Source of the DNA: Eledone cirrhosa
Taxonomy: Eukaryota
Length of the DNA stretch: 64,000 nt
Direction of reading: 5' to 3'
Assembly: GCA_964016885.1 (NCBI GenBank)
Contig: OZ024746.1
Coordinates: 44,392,001-44,456,000, forward strand
Below the pieces are notes generated by a model. The model searched no databases and was not told the origin of the DNA. It saw only the letters and a list, made by a program, of their open reading frames with translations. Every line of letters starts with the position of its first letter. Positions within the stretch are counted from its first letter, which is position 1. The position numbers were made by a program, and so were the translations under genes. Below, piece by piece: positions 1 through 11,959 of this stretch.

Positions 1-1589
1 ATTATTTCACGTTACTACATTCCACTCGGTTGGAAAGAATGAATTACGACGACACAGATACCAAGCTGAATCGGTATTTGCAATTCCCTCAGACAACATC
101 GGTGGTGAGAGGCGACTATCATATTTGGATAGTTGTTCTTCTTCACAAAACATATTACCCAGGTTAGGGTCATGGCAGAGGAAACTTCTAGTTGCAAAAG
201 ACACACCACAGATTTATTTATGTTGACCTGACATAATTATTCTCCTTTATTCAATTTTGAACTAGTATTTAGCAGGTAGTAACTTGCAATCTAGATATAA
301 AAAGAATGCGAAGGTTGCTCAGTTAATGACAAAGTTAATAAGAAAGTGAAGAGAAAATTTAGAGTGAGAGATGTCAGATAAGGGATGAAAAAGTGAGATA
401 GTAGCTAGGGAGAAGGAGATAGAGAGAGGGGGGGGGGAGAAGAGGGGGAAATTTTGTGTCTGGAAGGAATTGTTGGTTTCTAGAGGAAACCTATAAGGAA
501 TGATAAGCGAGGAAAGTACACGAGATGATAGAGCATGATAAACTGGAAGTTGTATATAATTGAAATTGAGTTATCAGATTAGTTTATGTTGATAATTACC
601 GTTGAGAGTGTTGTACGATTCTATGGATGGGGAAAATAATCAATATATGGACATATATATTATAGTGCTATAAAATTAGCTGTCACTGTCTGTAGAATTG
701 TACGTGTGAAATGTTGCCCGGTGGCGCAAAGACTAATATAATGTGACATTAAGTATAGAAGAGCAACATAATGATGTAAGTTATACTGGTCAAACATTAT
801 TCGTAACATTTTCTATATGTAGCTTTTCAACTCAAAATGCAGGTTTAATTAAACTATACTCCGTTGATAGTGGCTACATACTACATCGAAACAAACCGTA
901 TATACTCGAATATATGTCGAGGGATATGTGACCAAAAATTTGATGGTAAAATGGGGCAAGTGTTGACTGATATACGCCATCTAAACAATGTGTTGATTAG
1001 CTGTCTGGGCTTATAAATGGGGTTTTGAGTTTTACCCATTCCTCAGACACAAAATAGGGGGTCAAACAAAGATCAAGGTTTCTCCATTAAGCATGTACAT
1101 TACGTTTGAGAGATTAAGTATTGTTTAAATTGAAATTATCTCCCTTTTGGGGGGATTATTATCGCCAGGCTTCTCCAACTAGAAGAGAAGTTTCAACTAA
1201 TTAAGACATTTTCGAACGACATTCAATGTTTCCTCAGTTAAGGTATGTTACGAAAAGTCTGGAAGTAGTTTACTTGGCGTTTAAACAATCGACACACCTC
1301 TACGCTCGACTTCTTTGTAATAATGCTGCATTTCCATTGACATATAGATGAGACCACTATTATACAATGGATTCTGAGGATCATGATAAGCTTATATTGT
1401 ACGATCTGTGTTTCAGTTAACAATTGTTTATTCGGTCTATTTCATATAAAACTAATTTCAGGAGCGGTGGACCTGGGGAACACTGGCCCCTAATAATTAT
1501 ATATTTTCTCCCCAAACTACCAAAACACACATCTATTTGTATATGCGCTACAATTTATGTATATGTTATGTAGAGACAGACGGCAGAAA

Positions 1590-2130
1590 TAGATATAGAG
1601 AAGGGGGAGAGTTTGATGTTTATTGATATAGAGAGAGGAATTTGAAGAGAGTTCCATGTAGTATATATACAGAGGTGGAGAGTTTGGTGTTAATTGATAT
1701 TGAGAGGGGGATTAAAAAAGAGCTCCGTATAGTAGATATGAAGAGGTGGAGAGTTTGGGGTTAATTGATATATAGAGGGGGATTGGGAGAGTATGCTGTA
1801 TTGTTGTATGGTTGATGTAGAGACGGGGAGAGTTTGGTAGGGATAGAGTGAGAGGATTGATACAGACAGGTATTGACACATATAGAGAGGGGGGAGAGAA
1901 TGGTAGTGATAGAGTGAGAGGGAATGAGAGTGTATTGTATGATAGATATAAAGAGGGGTATAGTTTGGTGGTATTTCTTATAGTGGGGGGGGGGGGGGTC
2001 GCATATTAGGTATAGAGAGGAAGGAGAGATTTATGTTTATTGATATAGAGAGGGGTATTCGAAGAAATTTCTGTGTAGCAGATATAGAGAAGAGAATAGT
2101 TTGGTGCTAATTGATATAGAGAGGGGAAAT
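1590..2130. repeat. Degenerate GA-rich minisatellite, unit about 70 bp
   Basis: The motif agatatagag(a)aggnggagagtttggtgttaattgatatagagaggg recurs near 1590, 1662, 1733, 2010 and 2080. Confidence 0.65.
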
Positions 2131-2550
2131 GTAAGTGAGTACACTCGCAACGTTACCTCGGGTGAAGGCGAGGCTGAAGTACTGGTACAACCAAGCGCCT
2201 TCACGAACTTCACCAGAGCCGCCAGTGAAGATAATAATCTCGCAGTCAGTAGCCCGACTCCCCCAAACGTCTCGAACGCCACAGGCTGGAAAATGTAGTT
2301 AGCCAACAGATCACGGTATTTTAGGATTTTGTTCTATTCAACTGCGGATGCTGTGGCTCTCGCCCTTACTGCTGCATCTAGGACACTGGTTGAAGCAAAA
2401 GAGTCACTAACTGTGATGTCCCAGACAAGGCATCTGCACCTTGACCAGGATCACAGGGTAAGACCGTCAGGTCGTTTCCCATCAATTCTGGCCAACCCAG
2501 ACGGTTTCAAAATTGAGGGGATGTTTGCCCGGGCCAAAGCTCTTCAGTGG
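2131..2550 (-). mobile_element. 3' fragment of a CRE-like non-LTR retrotransposon (restriction-like endonuclease domain), degenerate
   Basis: The minus strand reads RPDGLTL*SWSRCRCLVWDITVSDSFAS...E*NKILKYRDLLANYIFQPVAFETFGGVG. This matches the RPD..D..E..K..KY..F.P.A.ET.G pattern of RLE elements and contains in-frame stops. Confidence 0.7.
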
Positions 2551-2789
2551 TAATAGAACAGTGTGTGTATGCGCGCGCGCGTGAGTTTGTCGGCATTCTT
2601 TAATTAGAGACGTGTGTTATATATATATATATATATGTGTGCGTGTCATATATATGTGTATGTGTCACCGTTTTAAAGTTAGAGACATATATGTGTGTAT
2701 TCCCTTCCTTCCTTTTACACACACATACATTCACACAAACACACACACATTTTGTGACGGACGGATGGACAGAAGTTGCTCAAATTTAT

Positions 2790-3428
2790 ATACATGTGAA
2801 TGGAGTTCGACTGAAGCAGGTAGAGAAGTTGAAGTATCTCGGGGCCGTATTCACGAGTGATGGAAGGCAGGAAGCTGAATTAAGTGCAATAATTGCAAAA
2901 GCTGATGCAGTAATGCGCCAGCTTCAGCATTCAGTAACCAGAAGAAGGGAGATAGGTGTAAAAGCCAAACTCGCTGTCTTCCTGGTATTTCTGCCAACCC
3001 TTACTGTGGGTCATGAATCTTGAGTAATGACCGAAAGAATACAATTTCAAATACAAACGGCAGAAATGGGGTTCCTCAGAAGGGTCTTTGGAGTAACGTT
3101 ACTCGATAAAGGGCATAGCTCAGAGATAAGAGAGTCACTCTAGGTAGAGTCGCCACTTCTCCGGATTAAGAGATCACAGCTCCGATACTATGGGCATGTG
3201 GTTAGAATGTCTCAGTAAAGAAGCACAGGGCAGATTTTACCGGCAAAAGCAACCAGCAAGAGACCCAGAGCAAGATAGTTGGATAATATCCATGAGCTTG
3301 GCTGGTCACGCTTTGGGATCCAGCTGGATCAGTTAAAGATGTTTGCTTCTGACAAACTAACTGGAAAGAGTGTTTGAGGAGACCTCTGCCCCCCACGACC
3401 TTCTCAGAAATAAGTGGGTGAAGAAGAT
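2790..3428 (+). mobile_element. 5'-truncated RTE-clade LINE, 3' part, degenerate
   Basis: Translation gives LKQVEKLKYLGAVFTSDG...LPTLTVGHES*VMT...AEMGFLRRVFGVTLLDK...QLRYYGHVVRM, typical of the RTE C-terminus. It ends in gggtgaagaaga. Confidence 0.8.
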
Positions 3429-3510
3429 ATTGTCAATTTACTTTACAATTTACATATCATATCTATGAGCATATATATTTGCATATAAAACCAATACGCA
3501 CTCTACATAT

Positions 3511-3638
3511 ACTAGCAGAAAACAGCCGTTCGGGCGGTTTTGCTATTAGTAACCATAACACACACACACCCACACCCACACCCACACCTACACTCACACC
3601 CACACACACACACTCACACATACACACACACACACACA

Positions 3639-3722
<84 letters not shown>

Positions 3723-3840
3723 TAGGTATAGATATATAGGAAATGAGTTAATTGGGTATAATACCAGTTTTTTTACCAAATGCAAAGAAGCTCGATATAT
3801 TAACCTATTAGGAAAGGGCACATAATTCTTTTTTATATAT
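3511..3840 (-). mobile_element. Possible non-autonomous Helitron-like element
   Basis: On the minus strand a hairpin (aaaacagcc-gttcg-ggcggtttt, 3519-3541) lies just before a CTAG-t terminus. The interior holds CA, TA and GA microsatellites. The 5' boundary is uncertain. Confidence 0.35.
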
Positions 3841-4067
3841 GTATATATATTGGTGGTGGAATTGCGGGGGTGGGGGTGGTATGCCCCTCCAATTATTTTT
3901 TCGTCCCAAACTACCGAAATACAAATCTATTTGGATATACGCTACAATTTATGTACATGTGTTATGTTTATCGCGTATCGAAGATTTCTGACCATTTTAG
4001 ATTGCAAAGAGCTAAACTAAGCACTACAACTATTTAGAAATGCTTCTAACACCCCTGAATTTACACA

Positions 4068-4152
4068 TGTTATATTTAGGGATGGTCATGCTGCAACATG
4101 ACTATCCCCAAATATAACAATATCAGATTCAACACATGATTCTTACAGAAAA
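4068..4152 (+). mobile_element. Ultra-short fold-back copy of the PLE family seen at 16433-17152
   Basis: Hairpin tgttatatttagggatggtcatg-ctgcaa-catgactatccccaaatataaca followed by atatcagattcaacacatgatt, which matches 17064-17115. Confidence 0.65.
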
Positions 4153-4306
4153 ATATATAAACGTAATTTACAGATGTAATAATATTAAAGGCAGGGATAA
4201 TTACAAACAATGAAAATCAACAAAAATTATATATATATATATGTATATATATATAGAATAAGGAAAAGCGAAGTAGTTTCAGGTGTTCAAGTCCTTTAAT
4301 AATAAT

Positions 4307-4380
4307 GCTGTGATATATATTTCAATGGCGAAAGTGGCCACACTGTTCTGTGCGCCAGTCTCGCGACATCGTCAGACAGC
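4307..4380 (-). ncRNA. Type I hammerhead ribozyme, inverted-arm copy
   Basis: The reverse complement reads gctgt-CTGACGA-stem II-GAAA-tatata-TC-acagc. Confidence 0.8.
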
Positions 4381-4851
4381 TTGTTACATACTAAGGTTAT
4401 GTTTCCGAGGCAATCCAAATTGAATCGACATGGGAACGGACGAAGTATGTGCTTTTGGGTTCTTCATCCGTTCCCCTGTGAGTACCAATTCACCCCCACT
4501 GGTCTGCGCAGGCGCAGGTCGAGGGGGAAGTTGACCATCACCTACCGCAGATTTAAATGAAATTCGCTTAGTCAGTTCCCTCTCTCACTACCTCTCACTA
4601 TTCATGGACAGTATAACTGACCATCAACCCCTAAGAGGATATATTTAATTCTATGTATCATAGTTTCATATTGGAAGTTATAAGTGAAATTAGAACTAAA
4701 AATTACAATTGAAAATCAAAAATCCTAAATCAAGTATCAGCAATTATAAAATAAAAAAATTAACAATTAGAAATTAAACAATTAAAGATTTGTCAAGTGA
4801 GAATCCGGATTGAGGTGAGTAAAAAAATATAGATTGAAGTGAGTAAATAAT

Positions 4852-5037
4852 TGTTTCTACTTTAGGCACAAGGCCAGCAATTAGCAGTGCATTACTGGTA
4901 CTTTATTTTATCGACCCCGTAAGGATGAAAGGCAAAGTCAACCTCGGCGGGATTTGAACTCAGATGGTAAAGGGACGTAACTATGCTGGAAAGCATGGCG
5001 TCCGACCCTCTACCGATACTGCCAATCCACCGCCCTT
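4852..5037 (-). mobile_element. tRNA-derived SINE inserted in the left arm, with TSD
   Basis: A-box and B-box-like head (tggcagtatcggtag ... gagttcaaatcc). TSD ttgaagtgagtaaataat on both sides. The SINE is absent from the matching right-arm site at about 5705-5720. Confidence 0.85.
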
Positions 5038-6288
5038 GAAGTGAGTAAATAATATGCAGAGAGTTGTTTAAGTAAGAATTTCTGAAAGGGGTCCTAATGT
5101 TACAGTTACACTATCTACATACTGAACGATGGTGCCGTACAGTAGAACTGAGGGTAAATTACAGTATTACGGGTAGTAGTCAATCGGGTACATAGTCGTA
5201 ATTTCCATCACATGGAACAAAACCAGCTCTATGATGTAGCCAATATGGTGGAGAAGAGAGGAACCAACCATGAGCTACCCCTGCAAATTTCCTCTACCAT
5301 GGCATGGAAACCCCTGACACTGGACGGACATAATAATAACTTTCGGCAGGATAAATACGCGGAAACAAAGATAAACCCCTATTTTTTTGCACCAAATCGC
5401 ATTTTAACAGAAGCCCCCTCAATTCAAACTATACATGGACAAATTGACAATAATATGGATCATTTTGCAGATATTCACTCATTTATTCATTCATTGGTTC
5501 TTTCTTTTGTGTACTTTATATATGTTTTTGTTGGTTTTGTTCCATGTGATGGAAATTACGACTATGTACCCGATTGACTACTACCCGTAATGCTGTAATT
5601 TACCCTCAGTTCTACTGTACGGCACCATCGTTCAGTATGTAGATAGTGTAACTGTAACAATAGGACCCCTTTCAGAACTTCTTACTTAAACATCTCTCTG
5701 CATATTATTTACTCACTTCAATCTATATTTTTTTACTCACCTCAATCCGGATTCTCACTTGAAAAATCTTTAATTGTTTAATTTCTAATTGTTAATTTTT
5801 TATTTTATAATTTATAATACTTGATTTAGGATTTTCGATTTTCAATTGTAATTTTTAGTTCTAATTTCACTTATAACTTCCAATATGAAACTATGATACA
5901 TAGAATTAAATATATCTTCTTAGGGGTTGATGGTCAGTTATACTGGCCATGAATAGTGAGAGGTAGTAAAGAGACCTGTAAATACTAACACTCTCCCATC
6001 CCCACTGGCTTTCGGCTGACTGCCACAGACGGGATGGGTAGCAGTAAACTATGAGGCAGGCTTGAATGGGTCATTGTCTGGCTGAGAGAGGGAACTGACT
6101 AAGCGGATTTCGTTTAAATCTGCGGTAGCTGGTGGTCAACTTCCCCCTCGACCTGCGCCTGCGCAGACCAGTGGGGTGAATTGGTACTCACAGGGGAACG
6201 GATGAAGAACCCAAAAGCACATACTTCGTCCGTTCCCATGTCGATTCAATTTGGATTGCCTCGGAAACATAACCTTAGTATGTAACAA

Positions 6289-6362
6289 GCTGTCTGACGA
6301 TGTCGCGAGACTGGCGCACAGAACAGTGTGGCCACTTTCTCCATTGAAATATATATCACAGC
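6289..6362 (+). ncRNA. Type I hammerhead ribozyme
   Basis: Stem I gctgt/acagc, CTGACGA at 6294-6300, extended stem II (tggc-gcac...gtgt-g-gcca), GAAA at 6346-6349, palindromic mini stem III, UC cleavage site at 6356-6357. Confidence 0.8.
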
Positions 6363-6372
6363 ATTATTATTA

Positions 6373-6552
6373 TGGATTGGCAGTATCGGTAGAGGGTCGG
6401 AAACCATGCTTTCCAGCATAATTACGTCCCTTTACGATCTGAGTTCAAATCCCGCCGAGGTTGACTTTGCCTTTCATCCTTACGGGGTCGATAAAATAAA
6501 GTACCAGTAATACACTGGATAATTGCTGGCCTTGTGCCAAAAAGTAGAAACA
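6373..6552 (+). mobile_element. Same SINE family, inserted in the right arm
   Basis: Highly similar to 4852-5037, flanked by a duplicated attattat, and absent from the left arm at about 4295-4306. Confidence 0.85.
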
Positions 6553-6904
6553 ATTATTATTAAAGGACTTGAACATCTGAAACTACTTCGCTTTTCCTTA
6601 TTCGATATTTACTCCGTCACTCCTATGTGGAATAAGTACGTTGAGTGCTTGATTTGAATTGCATCAATGTTTACCCTAAGTATATATATATATATATATA
6701 TTATATAGAAAACGAAAAATTAGTGATGCATCTGGACTTAATTTATTGCGTGTTACAATTGTTTCTCCGGCAGGTAGCTCGAGACGTGGTCCTTGTATGG
6801 ATCCGGCTGATTCTACTTCAGCAGGTTCATTCAGGCACGAGTATTTCGTTAAGAGCAAATTTTTGGCATACCGCCTATGGAAGCACTTAGCTACCACTAT
6901 ACAC

Positions 6905-7098
<194 letters not shown>

Positions 7099-8436
7099 GA
7101 ATTTGTGTGTAATGAATCTTTTATATATTATTTGATTTATCTATTGTGTTTCGGTTCATTATTTTACTAAACGAACTAATTATCAACAAAGATAATTTGA
7201 AAGACTATTGGAGACAGATATAATTTTTTGGCACACATACCATTATCACTGTCTCTATTTTAGATATTTGTACCTCAGGCAAAATTTAGTGCATAGATAT
7301 ATTTCTACTCCGGTCGCAGACGACTCATACACAAACACACACATAGGCTCACATGCGCGCACACAGGCAATAATTATATTTTCAGTAAGAAGACAAATCT
7401 CAATTGCGACTCTTTCAGTTGTCAATTCATCTCAAATATTGTTTAAGTAAAACTTGTCTAATTGGAATAATTTTAAAGAAATATATAAAATAAATAAATA
7501 GATTTGTAAGTTTTAAATTAATGAGGATTTAATGGGAAATATTAATATTTCCTCGAATCTGCAACAAGATATACAATGTTCTCTCCTCTGTAAAATCTAC
7601 TGACCTTTGCAGAAACATCACAATATCATATCTGCCTTAAAGAAAAGACTTTGTAATAGTTAAAATGGAGAAAATATTCTTCCAATTGTTTCAAGTATTG
7701 AAGATTGGTGACAGAATGTTAGTTAACTAAATCTGTAATAGGATTCAAATGCTTGAATATTTCAATTGATTAGCAAAAGGATTATATGCTATAACTTAGC
7801 ATATAATGTGATGATGTGTTTTACGATCTTGTCGCGCAGTGGGTCAAAAACTCTTGTTCCAGATATATTAGGAGGTAAGCCAAATGACAAGGCGTCATTT
7901 ATCAGAAATTGGTAAGCAGGATTTGCCGATCAGTTAGGTACGTTATCAGTTAGATATCAGCAGTATTCATTTGTGAGTGATTCAAAAGGGTCAGAAGTTG
8001 TTCAGTGTCGATATATTTTCTAGCCCTGGAAATATTTTCTAGCCCTGGAAAGAAAGCTAGACCTTCGGATGCAGGTCGATCGAAGTCCACGAGTATATGG
8101 TTGACGAAGTGGCTAGTAAGATTAACGCTTTGTTTTTATAAAGAAACTAATAAAGAATTGTTTAGCACGACATTTTAATACTGTTTGAGGCGTCCATTTA
8201 ATTTTAAATCAATTTCTGTTTTATTGAAAATTAACAAATATTTCACGCCTGTCATCTCTACAATAAATATTCTAAACGTGTGGAAGATAAAATTACATTT
8301 TTCACCTCATTTGTAATATATGTCATGTAATATAATTAACTTCTTTTGTATATCAGCTCACTTTCGTTATACCACATAAATATTGTACCTACATACATAC
8401 CAACATATACACAGACACACACATATATATATATAA

Positions 8437-8547
<111 letters not shown>

Positions 8548-8916
8548 AGCGAGGTTCGATTCCCAAAGGTGTTTCTGTCCATTATTTCCGTTTAATTCAA
8601 CTATCATTTATAGTTAGCAAATACTACTGATAGCTAACTGCATTGTGGCTAACGCATTTTTCACATATTCCCTTTCCTTAATGTCTTGTAAATTAACCAA
8701 ATTATATATATATATATATGTATGTATATATTATAGGAAAAGATTAAACAAAGAATCGCTGCTTTCACCCTAATCTCTCTGAATGCAAACAATCTGTGTT
8801 GTAGAGCATATTAGATACGTGGGTTATGTGCACACTTCAACATACATACATACATAAATACATTAAGGGCGAAAGCAGCAAATCTTTGCTTCAACTTTAA
8901 TCTGTTCTTAGAACAC

Positions 8917-8991
8917 ATATTTACTCTACGGGTTTTATATTTATGTTTTATATATATATATATATAAAATATAAATATAAAACCCGTAGAG

Positions 8992-8998
<7 letters not shown>
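8917..8998. repeat. Near-perfect hairpin with 33-bp arms around a (TA)n core
   Basis: atatttactctacgggttttatatttatgtttt ... aaaatataaatataaaacccgtagagtaaatat, with one mismatch. Confidence 0.85.
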
Positions 8999-9073
<75 letters not shown>

Positions 9074-9235
9074 GGTAAATATACACGGGTGTGTATGATT
9101 GTGTATAGAAGATTATATTAATAAGAGGAATTCCAACTTTGTATGATTTACTCGTTTTATTTACAATCCTTTAAAATATATATAATGGTATTATAATGAA
9201 ATAATATGATAGAATATTAAATTCTAAGTGTTAAT

Positions 9236-9274
9236 TGAACAAGTACTTTCATGCTTTCGCAATCTTCAGGTTCA
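9236..9274 (-). ncRNA. Minimal type I hammerhead ribozyme
   Basis: The reverse complement reads tgaac-CTGAAGA-t-tgc-gaaa-gca-t-GAAA-gtac-TT-gttca, with a palindromic AAGTACTT stem III. Confidence 0.85.
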
Positions 9275-9654
9275 TGATATGTGGTGACAGTCGAGTTTGC
9301 AATTTTCAACTGTAATGAGATGGATAAATTTCCTACCTTTTATACATTTTATACAGAGAAAAGTGGCTCCAGAATGCAAAGCCCTGTAAACTGTATTTCG
9401 ACCAATCAGTGTGTAGTTTCACTGAATTACTACAGCTGATTGGTTTAAGCGTCACGGCTGGTTGAGCATGCTAACGACCAATAGTCATATCCAACGTATC
9501 AATTGTTTTGCTTTATGAAATGATGAAAATAGCATTTTCTATTAATCATCACCATCAACATCACTTTTATTATTATTATTAATATTGTTGTTGTTGTTGT
9601 TGTTGTTAGTGGTCGTGGTCATAGTGGTAGTAGAAGTAATACCCCTAGGCGTTA

Positions 9655-11959
9655 TTATTGTTCATTTAGCTTGGGTTTGAATTTATCAATAACATTCTTT
9701 TCTTTGATTTTTCTCTTGATTTCACTTGGGCTGTGTAATTTGTAGAATGGGAATATTATAAATATTCCCTGACCACATGTTGCCAGGTGGCCGCTTAGGG
9801 GTATCTGACGGACATTTGGGTCTCTGATTTGTTGACGGTGTACCCGTGCACGTTCCGATAGTGCATTTCCAGTTTGACCGACATATAGTTCTTCACAATT
9901 CGGGCATTTAATGCAGTAAATTAGATTTCTGCTTTTGCAGTTCATATTTGCATTTGGGAATATTTTTCCAGTTTTTGTTTTCATATATTGACCGGCGTGT
10001 ATGGATTGACATGTGCCGCATCGATTATCATTGCATTTAGATACAGTGAATGATTGGTCTTTGTTGTTAAGGTCAAACTTTGCTTTTGTTAGCAATTGCT
10101 TCAAATTTTTTGGCTGTCTTTTACTAAGAGTCAAAGATCGATCTGTGATTAAGCCTTTTAATTCATTACTTTGAGCAATGATCGGTAGGTTTGCTTTGGC
10201 AGTGTTGAAGATATTCTGGTGACATGGGTTATGTGTCATTATAAATGGTATGACCAGTTCTTGGTTTCTTCTTCCTTGGGTTGTTCTAAGTTGTTGTATA
10301 AGTATTTTTATAGCCCGCCGTATGCCATTTTCTATAAGTAGAGATGGGTATTTTTGTTTGAGCAAAAATTCTCTTAGTTCTGTTAGGCGTTTGTACCTGG
10401 TATTCGTATCTTCTACAATGGTACAAATTCTTCTGGCTAGGCAGTATGGAATGTTGCGTTTTGTATGAGGTAGAAGGCACGACGTAAAATTCAGATATTG
10501 ATGGGTGTTTATAATATATATCCGTGGTAATGGTGGTGTCGTTTTTGATTATCATTATATCTAGGAATGGTAATTTGGTCCTACTCATCTCTTTTGTGAA
10601 TTGGAGAGATGGGTGTAGGCTATTCAGGAGGATATTGAACTCATCCAGAGTATCTAGAGATTCTGTCCAGATGATGAAACAGTCGTCAAGGTATCTCTTC
10701 CAAGATTTTTCAATGTACTTTCTAAAGTCAGTACTATATTTTTCCTCTATTTCTTGGTAGAGTTGTTGTTCTAAGTATCCCATTACAGTGTTCGCGTAAA
10801 CGGGAGCAAACTTCGTTCCCATCGCTGTGCCTCTAATTTGGACGTAATTCTTTCCATTGAAGAAGAAAGTGTTGTTTTCCAGAATAAGTTTAACTGCGTC
10901 TAATATAAATGGCGCTGTGAATCTAATGGGAATCACTTCTCTATGTTTTTCCACCCAGTATTTAACCGCCTTTATTCCTAAATCATGTGTAATGTTGGTG
11001 TAAAGGCTTACCACATCAAAACTGAGTAAAAGAGAATTCGTTTCCGTGGTTTTGGGAAGATGGGACAGGAAGTCGATATCATGCCGGATGAAACTGGGTA
11101 TGTGAATACATAGTGGTTTCAAAATAATGTCAACAAAATTGCTTAGACGGTGAGTGGGGCATGTTGGACCAGCTATAATAGGTCTAAGTTTTAAGTCTTT
11201 TGGGTGTAATAATTTAATGTACTCACTGTTTTGTTCTCTTACTGCCAGTTGTATTTCTTTTGACTTATGAATTTTCGGTAGGCCATACAGGTTGCTGGGT
11301 TTCGGCTCAAAATTGGTGATGTAGTCTCTTTCCTTATCAGTAAATGAGTTGTGGTATTTTGAAGCCAGGTTGTTGATCTTCTTCATGATGTTGTGGTCTA
11401 TATTTGACGGTATTTCATGATAGAATGTTGTGTCTTTCAGTTGTTCCTCAACCAACTCCTTGTAGTATTCAGTATCCACTATAACAACTGCACCCCCTTT
11501 ATCTGCTTGTTTAATTATTATTGTTTTATCATTTTGTATACGTTTAAGTGCAGACATTTCTGATTTGTTAATGTTCGGCCTAACATTAGTATTATGTCTA
11601 AGAGGAAATTTAGACAGGATGTCAATGTATTGGTCGAGATAGATATTTCTTCCTTTTGGCGGAGTAAAATTTGATTTATTCTTTACTAGTGATTCATCAC
11701 TCTCATTATTTTTATCAGCGAAGAATTCTACAAGACGTAATTTTCGACAGAATTCTTGGGTATCCTCCTTCAGTTCTTGGTGGTTGACTGTTGGAGTCGG
11801 TGTGAATTTCAGTCCTTTTGACAGAATTTGCATTTCATCATTGTCAAGATCTCTTTTAGATAAATTAATTATTTTAGTATCTACGTGTACAGCTGTTTTG
11901 GGTATGTTTCCTCCTGGAGTTTTTCTTTTTCCGGTTTTTGTTGTCCTGACGTTAAAAAA
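9655..11959 (-). pseudogene. PLE pol ORF (reverse transcriptase plus GIY-YIG endonuclease) with one frameshift near 10505
   Basis: IINLS...ILSKGLKF N-terminus, IKQADKGG, LYGLPKIHK, RPIIA, SFDVVSLYTNI, GTAMG, WKRYLDD, PFLD. After the frameshift: KCNDNRCGTC linker, LIYCIKC...YVGQT...R..VH. Confidence 0.9.

Larger units (their letters stand above)
4256..6680 (+). mobile_element. Non-coding fold-back PLE-like element carrying hammerhead ribozymes
   Basis: Inverted arms 4256-5224 and 5533-6603, a loop of about 310 bp, a 3' tail at 6604-6680 on one side only, and (TA)n on both flanks. Confidence 0.8.

Noticed and set aside
4940-5035. tRNA gene
   Set aside because: The A-box and B-box belong to a multi-copy SINE head, and no full cloverleaf forms.
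5212-5577. 121-aa ORF in the loop of the hairpin element
   Set aside because: It starts and ends inside the inverted arms, has no recognisable domain, and has a low-complexity tail.
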